This document shows, piece after piece, positions 1-9,994 of a stretch of 64,000 nucleotides of DNA. Each line of letters starts with the position of its first letter. The first letter of the stretch is position 1. Made by a program: the position numbers and the translations under genes. Source of the stretch: Histomonas meleagridis 2922-C6/04-290x (lineage: Eukaryota > Protista > Parabasalia); NCBI GenBank assembly GCA_020184695.1, contig JAANOX010000144.1, forward strand, positions 124,001-188,000, written 5' to 3'. The notes below the pieces were generated by a model that was not told the DNA's origin, made no database searches, and saw nothing but the letters and a program-made list of their open reading frames with translations.

Positions 1-3000
1 ATCGAATAATTTCTAAATAAATAGTAACTTAAACTAACATTATTTGGTTTAATATTTCTGGCTACTCTAACTATTTTGCCTTCCCAATTTTTAGATAAAG
101 TTGCATCAACTTTGTTATGAATAAGTTGATATTTAATCCCATTATCAAAATCTTTAGGATCTTCATTTTTTCTTTTATCTTCATGTACTCCATCGATTGT
201 TTTATATTTGAGAAGTGCTACCCCATCTTTTTTAAATGATTGATTAAATATACATAATTTTTTTATTTCATTATGACACATTGCAAAAACTACAACGGCA
301 CCATTTATTTTAGGAGTAAAACTAAACTTTTTATCACGTCCTCTATCAATCATTTCTTCTTTATTACCTTCATATTGTACTTTAATTCTATCACAACGTG
401 CACATATAATGCCTAATTGACTTTGTTTATATTTTGCATAATAATTTATAATATCTGCTTCTATAAAAGCTTCGGTTGATGTATCTTTAAAGTCAATTAA
501 AGATGGAGCAATTGTAAATTCTTTCATTGGATATTTAGATACATCAAATAATCTAAATATCCATTTTACTTTTGCACCATATAAAATTTGTACTGGGTAT
601 AATGTGTTTGAAAGATCAAGAATTTTATATTCAAATATCTTTTTGGTTCCAACTTCTATACCTTCAAAACAACCAATAAATTTAGCATTTGTACTAGCTA
701 CAAAACCAAAATTACATTTGGTATCTTTACTTGTAGTAAAAATCGTTAATAAAGTTGCATCGAATTTTTTGGATTCATCATCTTTTCTTCTAAATGGAAT
801 ATGAATTGAATTATAATTAAAAAGAGTATAATCTGGTTTTAATACAATAAGAAATTGATCTTCATTGATAATTGTTGAAGAACAAAGTGGTACAAAACTT
901 TCTGCTTGAATAATACAAGCAATTGTTTGTCCTTGAGGTAAAGTAATTGTATCATATAATAAAATTCCATATTGTTCTGAATCTTGCATTTCAACCAATA
1001 CTTTAACGGAAACATTTTTCCATTTGTCTTGACAATGATAAACACGTGATACAATTCCTCTGTCATTTTCTGTAAAATTTTGATGGAGTGTAAAAACAAC
1101 ATTTGGAATACGTCTTTCAATATGTAATGTTATCAGAAAATCATTATCACCAAAATCATAATCAAATTTTTCATCTTGTTCTAATTGTTCTTGTCTAATG
1201 AAATATGTATTTTTACATGATGCAAAACTAATTTCTAATTGGATAGTTGCATTTTTTCCCGTGAATTCAATAATATCATGTATTTCAATCCCTAAATCTT
1301 CTGCACTATATTCATTATTTACTTTAGATAATATTAAATGAAAAGTATTAAGAGTTTTTTCTACTCCTTTATCAATAAGTTTAAAATTCATATCAACAGC
1401 AAGATTTGGAGATATATTTTGTATTAGTGAAACTATTTCAATTGTCATTTCATTTCTTGCAGCAAATGTTCCTTTCCCTATTTCACTTGTTTCATCATAA
1501 AAATCATAATCAAGTAAAGAAGCTGAATATTTTTTATCTACAATATCATGAGTGATAAGTCCAAGATGAGCAGATTGAGGAACAAATGGCTTAAATGCAA
1601 TTTGAGATTGTTGATTCCCTGAGAATTCCTTGAATATTTCAACACTATTTGCTGTTTCAATCTTAAAATCTACTTTCAACATTCCAGAACCAAGAGGAAC
1701 AACTTCAAATGAAACATCATCAGTAGAAACTTCTAAAATAAAAGGATTAGATGTGAACTGAAAACTTTCTGAATTTGCACTTGTTTTATATGTACCTTTA
1801 AATTGTAAACTTGGCATTTTATCAAGATTACGTATAATTAACTTTCTGGTTGTTTTTATTATATCATTTCCTTTCCCTATTAATGTGCCAAAATCAGCTT
1901 CTGCATATTTTTCTTTTTCATCAAATGCAATTAAAGAAAATGTTACGATATATCCATTTGAAATTACTATGCTATATGGATGTATAATATATGCTAAACT
2001 TGAATCAAGATTTACAAGATCATTTTTCCCTTCTTTTGCTTTTTTCGATGAAAATAAACAAGTGGGATCAGTCTTAATGATTTCAATTTTCCATTCATGA
2101 TACAATTCCGGGATAACTTTAAGATTCCATACTGTTAAAGGTATGACATGGATATAAGGAGTTATTGTAAATTCAATTGATCCATATATATATGGACACA
2201 CACACATTTCTACGTTTGCATAAAATGTGAATTTTATATCAACTTTTATTCCTATCAACAATTCTGATTGAATTTTCCCACATTCTAAACTTGCTTTAAG
2301 AGAAAATACACCTTCAGGAGTAAATGTTATACCAATTTTTTTTATAAATTCAAAAATTTCTTTTGGTTTGATACTTGAATATGAATATGGATGGACTTGA
2401 TTTGTATGATGATAAATATGATCTCCTTTAAGTGAAAAGTAACCTGTTCTAGATACAATTATTTCTATGCCTCGAATAATTTCAATAGGTTTTGGTAAAA
2501 GTATTTTAATGTCAATAACAGAAATATCAATAACAAAAAAAATTCCTAATTCAACTGTAAAACCAAAAACACTGAAATGGCCACCATAAATTGTAAAAGT
2601 AATTGAAGGTAAAGCAATGGATGGTATATTAATTTCTTGTTCAATTCGAATTCCAACAGCTGCCTTCACAAAAACTCCGGCATCATAACCAATCCAACAT
2701 GTTGGAGGAAATGGCTGAAAATTAGCATCAAAATACATATGAGCATGACCTCTTGCTCCTGTCAAAATTTCGATTCCATCAGAAATATTATAAATTATTC
2801 CTGGTTTATCCCTTTCTAAATCCCAATTAAGATTTACGTTACAATTACAAACTTCAAGATCTTGAAAATGGGTACAATCATAATTTGAGTTTGTAACTGC
2901 TTTTACTCTAAGGTTTGCAAAAATTTCAAGTTCGTTTCGTACAACTGACACATTAAAAAACCTGCCTTTTTTATACTTCGTATAAACTTCATGAATTTTA

Positions 3001-3308
3001 AATATTTGCTTTTTTTCACCAACAAAAAATACATGATCTTCAAGAATATATTTACCATTAATAACACATAATAAATCTTCATCTGAATTTATGGAAAAAC
3101 CATCAACTCCAATGGCTGAAGGACCATGCGCTTCATGTGTAAGATAAAATGAAAGCCATCCCATATTGTAAAAGCCAACATGATAAATATCTTCATTTGA
3201 TAAAATTTCATGATTAATCATGCGACTTGCTTTAGCTTTTTTATATAAGGCTTCCATATCTTCACTTATGTTAGTAGATAGTTGTAAGAAAAAGAAAATC
3301 AATAGCAT
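1..3308 (-). CDS. Large secreted/surface protein of unknown family, 3'-truncated by the window edge (>=1102 aa)
   Basis: Manual translation from ATG at 3308 (MLLIFFFLQLSTNISEDMEALYKK...) stays open to position 3. Frame was checked at about 2991, 2457, 2097, 1197 and 597. N-terminus is hydrophobic and signal-like; body is beta-strand rich. Absent from the ORF track because no stop lies in the window. Confidence 0.85.
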   Translation of the reverse strand, partial: MLLIFFFLQLSTNISEDMEALYKKAKASRMINHEILSNEDIYHVGFYNMGWLSFYLTHEAHGPSAIGVDGFSINSDEDLLCVINGKYILEDHVFFVGEKKQIFKIHEVYTKYKKGRFFNVSVVRNELEIFANLRVKAVTNSNYDCTHFQDLEVCNCNVNLNWDLERDKPGIIYNISDGIEILTGARGHAHMYFDANFQPFPPTCWIGYDAGVFVKAAVGIRIEQEINIPSIALPSITFTIYGGHFSVFGFTVELGIFFVIDISVIDIKILLPKPIEIIRGIEIIVSRTGYFSLKGDHIYHHTNQVHPYSYSSIKPKEIFEFIKKIGITFTPEGVFSLKASLECGKIQSELLIGIKVDIKFTFYANVEMCVCPYIYGSIEFTITPYIHVIPLTVWNLKVIPELYHEWKIEIIKTDPTCLFSSKKAKEGKNDLVNLDSSLAYIIHPYSIVISNGYIVTFSLIAFDEKEKYAEADFGTLIGKGNDIIKTTRKLIIRNLDKMPSLQFKGTYKTSANSESFQFTSNPFILEVSTDDVSFEVVPLGSGMLKVDFKIETANSVEIFKEFSGNQQSQIAFKPFVPQSAHLGLITHDIVDKKYSASLLDYDFYDETSEIGKGTFAARNEMTIEIVSLIQNISPNLAVDMNFKLIDKGVEKTLNTFHLILSKVNNEYSAEDLGIEIHDIIEFTGKNATIQLEISFASCKNTYFIRQEQLEQDEKFDYDFGDNDFLITLHIERRIPNVVFTLHQNFTENDRGIVSRVYHCQDKWKNVSVKVLVEMQDSEQYGILLYDTITLPQGQTIACIIQAESFVPLCSSTIINEDQFLIVLKPDYTLFNYNSIHIPFRRKDDESKKFDATLLTIFTTSKDTKCNFGFVASTNAKFIGCFEGIEVGTKKIFEYKILDLSNTLYPVQILYGAKVKWIFRLFDVSKYPMKEFTIAPSLIDFKDTSTEAFIEADIINYYAKYKQSQLGIICARCDRIKVQYEGNKEEMIDRGRDKKFSFTPKINGAVVVFAMCHNEIKKLCIFNQSFKKDGVALLKYKTIDGVHEDKRKNEDPKDFDNGIKYQLIHNKVDATLSKNWEGKIVRVARNIKPNNVSLSYYLFRNYS

Positions 3309-3672
3309 TAAATAAAATTAATTGAATATAAAGAATGAAATTATAACAATACTTTTTCGGAAAAAAACAAACTTTTATATTAATTCGGTTCAAAGCTTAA
3401 GAAATATTGAACCCAAAATATAAAATACCATTTAATAATTAGATTTTATATGATTTTTTTTTTAATATTACAAATTGATTTGATGAAAATTATAACATAA
3501 TATCAAGGTGATAAATTTTATGTAAAAAGCGTTTGGCAAAGGAGAATGTGTGTGAATTAAGTTTTAAGTAATCCTGCATTATTTAATATTTTATGTTTAT
3601 CTGTGAGCTCAAATAGAAAAAAAATTTAAGTACGTTAAATGTCACTTTTCAAAATACGTTGGGGAGTTTTGG

Positions 3673-6450
3673 ATGAAAAATGATGTACCCACTGATTTAC
3701 AAGAGGGGGATGCATATGAAGAAATTAAAACACTATTCGAACAGATCAATAAAACCTTTAGGGATGATTCACCGGGGCACTTATATTTAAATGGATTCAA
3801 TAAAATGTTTCAATTTTTTGAAGAAATTTATCACAAAAACATTAAATTGTTTGATCATTGCCATTCACTAAACACTCAATTACAAGTCAACATGATGAAA
3901 ATTAAAGCAATCACAGATGTAACTTTAAAAGATAAAGAAGTTCTTAATGAATTAAAATCAGAATATGACAAAGCATCTAAAATTGTTAGTTTTTCATATC
4001 AATCCGAAAGTAAAGCTAAAAATATTTTAAATTCATTAAAATCACAAATTTCAAGTTTATCAGAACAAGTTTCTCATGGCGAAGTATTTTCTTTTGGTAA
4101 AGATGAAACTTCATTTGGGTCAAATCAAGACATCCAAAATCTTATTAAAGAACGAGATCAAGCAAATCAAGAAATCTCTCGTTATAAAACGCAAATCTCC
4201 ACTTTAAAGGACCAACAAAAAATTTCGTTGGGAGAATGTAATTATCTTAAATCCGAATTTTCTCGTCTTTCTAATAATGATTCTCAAAATGATAAGTTGA
4301 TAGAAGACTACAAAAAAACGAACACAGAGACATATAATCAAATTTTGGAGCTAAAGCCACAAATTAAAACACTTAAAAAAGATATTGAAAATCTACAAAA
4401 TCAAATATCTGAAAAAAAGAAACTGAACAAAACACTCAAACAAACATATTCACAAGTTATAAATACACTCACGACTGTCAGGAAGGACTCAAGTAACATT
4501 GATTCCAAATCTGTGAACAGAAAAAAATATTCAGAAAAAATTAATTTATCAGTAAATCAAAAGTCTGACCTTTGTAATGACTTAAAAAAGTCAATTGATG
4601 ACAGTGAACATATAATTTCAGAATTAAATAGCGAACTTAAGCACATACAAAATGAACATGAAGATCTTCAAAAAAAGTCAATTGAAGCAAAAAATGAACT
4701 CGAAGCAATAAATAAAGAAAAATCGAATTATAGGAAGCAAATGAAGGAGCTTCAAGTTACTCTTTTTGATATCAAATACCAGATAACTAAAAGTACAAAT
4801 GAAACGCATCAACAATCTCGCAAAATTAGTGCGATAAATGTTGAGGCTTCTGCTCAAAATGCAAAGATAATTGAGGAACAGAAGAATGCTTCAGACATAA
4901 ATTGCATCTCGGAAACCATTCAAAATCAAACAAAGTCCACAAAAAGTGAACTTCAAAACATGAAAGAAACCGTTTTAAATCTTTACAACGAAATTGAGGA
5001 AAAACGATTAGAAATCACACAAAATAAAGTGAATTATAATGTAACAAAAGAAATAATTGATGCAACAAATCAACAAAACGAAAAGAATCAAGAAGTCCTA
5101 AGGATATATCAAAGAAAGAATGAAGACCAATTACGTTTTATTGAAAAACTTCGAGATGAACGAAATAATTACAAAAGACAATTTGAATCTGTTGAAAAGG
5201 AAAACAAGAAATTGAGTACAGATTATGCAAATCTTTGTGATAGTGTAAATGCAACAAAAGAAAAAATTAAAGAAACAATGAACAAAACAATTGATTCACA
5301 TTTTGATAGCATCAGTAGTAAGCAAGAAATAAATTATCTTGATATAACCATTGAAAGATGTAAAAAAGGAATCAAAGAAACAGAAAGATCAATCAGTCGA
5401 ATGCAAGCTGAAATGCAAATATTAAATCGAATTCTTATTGAGTCTCAACATGAAAAACTCCAACAAGACAAAGATCGACAAATTCTTAACAATAACATCC
5501 AAACTATTCACGATAACCTTAACTCGCAAACAAAGAATTTGGAGAACATCAAATCTCAAATTCAGACAAATGAATCGTTTATCAAAAAGTGCTCGAAAAT
5601 TTTCAATGATAAAACAAATGAAATCAAGAATTCACTTGAAACCTTAAATGAATTAAACCAAAAGATGCATGAATTAGAACTTCAAAAAAATAAACTTAAT
5701 ACTCTTGGATATAAAATGCAAAATATTTTAAATGAGCGAACATTTGAAAAACGAAAAACATCTTCATTAATTAATGAATTTGCAGTTCGTCGAAATGTTC
5801 ATCGATGGAATGTCCTTGAATCTGTTGATCCCGAGTATACCAAAAGCATAAAATATAAAACGATCTTAACCAGAAAATTAGACAAAGCGCATCGAAAACT
5901 TATAATGTTACAAGAGACCAAAGATAAACTTAAAGAAGAACTTCAAAAGACACCAAAAGAATCGGAATATACCAAATCTCAAATTGAACAATATATTAAA
6001 CAATATAAAAAAGATTTAAGTAACAAAGAAAAAGAAATGATAGAAATGAAAAACATTTTGGAACAAAACGAAAACGAAGTCAAAAATGAAATCGAAAATG
6101 TATCAAACATAAAACAGAAATTACTTTTACGTACTGAATATACAGTCGAATTAAAGCTGAAAAATTATTCAGTCGTAAAAGAAGAAAAAGATAAATCAAA
6201 TAATTGGTTCATAACTGAGGCGCCGCTAAACAATTATTTGGGCGGAGGATTCGTGCAGAACCCACAGGTGGTGAGAGATAACTTCGATATAAAGAGCAGA
6301 GAAATAAATTCGTTGGCTCTAATTCCAGAAGGAAATAGAAGAAGAACAAAAAGTTCAATGATATTTATTAATAAACCGAAACTAATTCTTCCGAAAAAAG
6401 ATATAAAAGGAAGACAATCATCGAAATTTACGAGAAATTGTTATAAATAA
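3673..6450 (+). CDS. CFAP58: CFAP58/CCDC147-like axonemal coiled-coil protein (925 aa)
   Basis: Long coiled coil. C-terminal NVHRWNVLESVDPEY...ILTRKL matches the CFAP58 NVHRWRKLExSDP motif. Confidence 0.6.
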   Translation: MKNDVPTDLQEGDAYEEIKTLFEQINKTFRDDSPGHLYLNGFNKMFQFFEEIYHKNIKLFDHCHSLNTQLQVNMMKIKAITDVTLKDKEVLNELKSEYDKASKIVSFSYQSESKAKNILNSLKSQISSLSEQVSHGEVFSFGKDETSFGSNQDIQNLIKERDQANQEISRYKTQISTLKDQQKISLGECNYLKSEFSRLSNNDSQNDKLIEDYKKTNTETYNQILELKPQIKTLKKDIENLQNQISEKKKLNKTLKQTYSQVINTLTTVRKDSSNIDSKSVNRKKYSEKINLSVNQKSDLCNDLKKSIDDSEHIISELNSELKHIQNEHEDLQKKSIEAKNELEAINKEKSNYRKQMKELQVTLFDIKYQITKSTNETHQQSRKISAINVEASAQNAKIIEEQKNASDINCISETIQNQTKSTKSELQNMKETVLNLYNEIEEKRLEITQNKVNYNVTKEIIDATNQQNEKNQEVLRIYQRKNEDQLRFIEKLRDERNNYKRQFESVEKENKKLSTDYANLCDSVNATKEKIKETMNKTIDSHFDSISSKQEINYLDITIERCKKGIKETERSISRMQAEMQILNRILIESQHEKLQQDKDRQILNNNIQTIHDNLNSQTKNLENIKSQIQTNESFIKKCSKIFNDKTNEIKNSLETLNELNQKMHELELQKNKLNTLGYKMQNILNERTFEKRKTSSLINEFAVRRNVHRWNVLESVDPEYTKSIKYKTILTRKLDKAHRKLIMLQETKDKLKEELQKTPKESEYTKSQIEQYIKQYKKDLSNKEKEMIEMKNILEQNENEVKNEIENVSNIKQKLLLRTEYTVELKLKNYSVVKEEKDKSNNWFITEAPLNNYLGGGFVQNPQVVRDNFDIKSREINSLALIPEGNRRRTKSSMIFINKPKLILPKKDIKGRQSSKFTRNCYK

Positions 6451-6811
6451 AATGTTTTTGTATTTGATTTTAAAAATTAAAATTTACAATCATGAAATTA
6501 GTAACATTAAAGTGCAAAATGTATTTTAAAGCAAATCTTTATTATGAATAAAAAAGCATTTGAAACTTTTTGGCACTTTTTAGAACCCAATAACGGTTTT
6601 TTTATCCTTATTTACAAAGATTTAAAGCTTGAAAAAAGGAGTACAGAATACAAACATTTGCAAATATTATATGAATTTAATATTGGCTATGAAGAATAGT
6701 TCTTCACATTGATTTTTCCTTCTGAGCAATTAACCTGATTCCAAAAAAAACACATAATAGTTTGTCAGACAAAAAAGGAAATATGTAATGAATTTCATCA
6801 TGTTTATTTGT

Positions 6812-7246
6812 TTAGAAGCCATTTGGATCTTTATAAAAGAAGTTCCATGCGAATGAAACTAATGAAATCACAATTGATTGTATAATCATACTAACACCAC
6901 GCCATTGCTTAAGGCCTGTGTCACGGTCACCTTTCTTAGCTACATAACACCAAATAGCAACAATTATACCTGCAAGCATACAAGCGACTGATAAAACAAG
7001 GATGAGTTTTTGTAAAAGGGATGTTTCTTCACCTGTATCTTCTTTGGAAAACATAAATGATGGGAGATTACTCATTAAGAAGAGTCCAATTGTTGCTAAA
7101 ATGCCTGGGCAATACAAATAAAATGGACCAGCGCCTTGATCAGGATCTTTGACATCTACGACTGAAACTCCATCAATGAAGATCCACCATGCAGCAGCAA
7201 AGAAAAGTCCGCATATAGCAGACAGAACAATGTTTCGAGTATTCAT
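6812..7246 (-). CDS. Vps68/TMEM50 (UPF0220) family membrane protein, paralogue 1 (144 aa)
   Basis: GLFFAAAWWIFIDG and YCPGILATIGLFLMSN family motifs; four hydrophobic segments. Confidence 0.8.
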   Translation of the reverse strand: MNTRNIVLSAICGLFFAAAWWIFIDGVSVVDVKDPDQGAGPFYLYCPGILATIGLFLMSNLPSFMFSKEDTGEETSLLQKLILVLSVACMLAGIIVAIWCYVAKKGDRDTGLKQWRGVSMIIQSIVISLVSFAWNFFYKDPNGF

Positions 7247-7440
7247 TTGACAGAAATCCCAGCGGTTATTGTTGTGAAAACTCAGTGTTTACGATATGAG
7301 CTTTTTGTTTGAAATTTGAGAGGGCATAAAAATGCTCCCAAATGTCCGCTTCTTAACGGTCGAATCCGGTGAATCTTAAACGGTTTCCATTAATAGATTA
7401 ATAGAACTCACCACCGAAAAAAACCATAGCACTTTTTGAT

Positions 7441-8799
7441 ATGTTTACGTATAAAGGCACTTTTTATCGGCTGGCAGAACAAATGATTGAAGACGAAAAA
7501 TTTGCTGAATTCCAAAACAAATTTGTGGAAATAAGCCAAAAAAATTATCAACTAAATGAAGAACTAAAAGCTCTTAAGAAGTCAGATCCAGAACTTCAAA
7601 AATATAAATCTCAACTTGAAAGTATCGAAAACGAAAGGGTTGAAATGCAAGAAACATATACAAAAAAGATTCAAGAATTAGAACAAAAATTACAAGAAAT
7701 TCAATCTTCTTCAACTCAAAATACATCCAAGAAAAAGCAAATAATTGAAGAAAAAATTGTTGAAGTTAAACAACAAATAACTGAAGTAACAAAAACTACA
7801 AATCAATCCGATGAAGAAATCAATAAACTTCGTCAATTATACCGAGAATATGATACCAGTTATAAAAACAAATCCGCTAAACTAGAAAAATTAGAAGAAA
7901 AATCGAAACGCTTTGCTCCAGTTGTTACATTTCTCAAGCACACTCGACCAGTATTAATGTTTCTGGAAGATCTCAGTTCACAAAAGCAATTTCTCATATC
8001 CCAAAAGAAAAAATATGATCAAATCCTTACTAAGACCGAAGCGGAAGTCAGTAATTTACGAGTTCAAGGCGAATCTCTTGACAAGCAAATTAAAGAAGAA
8101 TCCTATAACATCACACAAATCGAACAAAAACTCAAAAACATCACTCTCCGCATCAGCGAAGCCAACCAAGAGATCGAAAACCTTACCAAAACATTAGAAT
8201 CTAGTAAGTCACAATTTGAATCTCGCAAGAAAGAAACCGAAGCTAATGAACAAGAATATCTCACTAAGCTTTCCGAGATCCGCACTAACAAGCCTCTTTA
8301 TTCCCAACAAGTATCTGATAAAGAGCATACACTTCAATCGCTTGAACTTCAATTTGAAGAAACAAAGCGCGAATCAAATAAAGCACTTTCCGAACTTAAT
8401 GAGCGTATTCAAGAAAGTCGACGTCGTTTTCTTAACATTAAAGAGAATGGCGATGATGAACTTGTATCACGTGTTGATCTTGAATTAAAAGAACAAATTA
8501 ACAAAGCGAAATCTGTTAACGAAACATTACAGGACAAAATCGAAATGCTGACAGAGGCAATCACACTCGCGCATGATGAAATTAAGGAAAAAGATGATGA
8601 AATTAGAAGAATTGCATTGGGAATGACACCAACAAAAAGAGTTTTGGGGTTACAAGAGTTTAAGTTGAAGGAGTTGTTGTTGGAGGAAACATTGGTCCAA
8701 AATAGAGAATTAATGAAGAAAATTTTGGATATGGAAAAAAGAGTCGACGCGTTAAAGAGGGGAAATGAGGAACTAAGGAAGAAATTGATCAAAAAATAA
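7441..8799 (+). CDS. Coiled-coil protein of unknown function (452 aa)
   Basis: Long ORF with E/K/Q/L-rich heptads; no family motif recognised. Confidence 0.8.
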   Translation: MFTYKGTFYRLAEQMIEDEKFAEFQNKFVEISQKNYQLNEELKALKKSDPELQKYKSQLESIENERVEMQETYTKKIQELEQKLQEIQSSSTQNTSKKKQIIEEKIVEVKQQITEVTKTTNQSDEEINKLRQLYREYDTSYKNKSAKLEKLEEKSKRFAPVVTFLKHTRPVLMFLEDLSSQKQFLISQKKKYDQILTKTEAEVSNLRVQGESLDKQIKEESYNITQIEQKLKNITLRISEANQEIENLTKTLESSKSQFESRKKETEANEQEYLTKLSEIRTNKPLYSQQVSDKEHTLQSLELQFEETKRESNKALSELNERIQESRRRFLNIKENGDDELVSRVDLELKEQINKAKSVNETLQDKIEMLTEAITLAHDEIKEKDDEIRRIALGMTPTKRVLGLQEFKLKELLLEETLVQNRELMKKILDMEKRVDALKRGNEELRKKLIKK

Positions 8800-9147
8800 T
8801 CATTTTCATGATTGTGTATTTGTAGTTAAAGTTAGAATTGTTCTAAACTTTTTTTTGACAGAACCAAATGTTTTGCTTTGTAATGAAAAATTTGGTTTTA
8901 TTGCTTGAATTACTTTTCCATGTTTATCGAAATAACCAAATTTTATCTCATGTTATATTATTTTTGTTTGATTTCATTTTTATTTCAAATTGAAAAAAAT
9001 ACAGGTTAAAGAAATCTTTAAAACAAAATAATATCTAAAGGCATGAACTGAAAATGAGTTTCGATACGAGATGACAGGTTTTTATTTAGGGAGAAAAAGA
9101 AGTCACTTAAGTGATTTTAATTATATTTTAAAAACAATTAATTACAA

Positions 9148-9606
9148 TCAAAATGGTGTTGTGAGGGCATTGTATGGTGCAGTCTCTGGATCTACATACA
9201 AGTAACACCATGCAAATGAAATAAGGGTAATTACACAAGATTGAATTAAAGCTGCAATTGCACGCCATTTTTTGAAAGAATCACTGCGATCAACTTTCTT
9301 AGAAGCATTCAACCATATACCAGCAGCTACACCGCCAAATAGACATATAACAGAAATAACTAAAATTATCTTCTGGAGAACAGTTGTTTCCTCTCCAGTA
9401 TCTTCTTTGGCAAACATATATGTTGGAAGATTACTTATTAAAAATAATCCTATTGTGGTTAGAATTCCTGGACAATATAGCCAGAATGGGCCTGTTCCTG
9501 AATTATTAACATCAGAAAGAGAAACACCGTCAACGAACACCCACCAAGAAGCTGCAAATAAAAATCCAACTAATGATGTTAGAACAACATTTCGAACAAC
9601 AACCAT
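9148..9606 (-). CDS. Vps68/TMEM50 (UPF0220) family membrane protein, paralogue 2 (152 aa)
   Basis: MVVVRNVVLTSLVGFLFAASWWVFVDG...YCPGILTTIGLFLISN aligns end-to-end with 6812..7246. Start is set at ATG 9606 rather than the track's upstream start. Confidence 0.8.
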   Translation of the reverse strand: MVVVRNVVLTSLVGFLFAASWWVFVDGVSLSDVNNSGTGPFWLYCPGILTTIGLFLISNLPTYMFAKEDTGEETTVLQKIILVISVICLFGGVAAGIWLNASKKVDRSDSFKKWRAIAALIQSCVITLISFAWCYLYVDPETAPYNALTTPF

Positions 9607-9994
9607 CGCAAAATTCCGATTAGACGGTGATAATATTCTGAAAAAGTTGAACTCTAACGCTTTATATATGTAAACTATATAAAAGTTTTTCTGACTATAT
9701 AATAATGCAAACAACTTTAACTTCGAATATTCAAGCCACATTTATAACTTTTTACGAAGGGTTTGAGTACTAATATAATATATTTTAGTAATATTCACAA
9801 ATGCTTTGTTTTTATCTTTCCTTCAATTATAATTTCACAAAATACTCTTTTTCTATTTGTCATGAACTATCATAAAATTTTTCATATAGTCTAAAAATGA
9901 TGGAAATTGTAACATATAATGAACATTATTCTATTTTTTATATGAATTTGTTTTTCATCATCCTGAGAACGTTAAAATAAACGTTAATAAAGGA

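Noticed and set aside
604-2819. Short track ORFs at 604..804, 839..1120, 1885..2100 and 2637..2819
   Set aside because: They lie antisense or out of frame within the long minus-strand ORF 1..3308.
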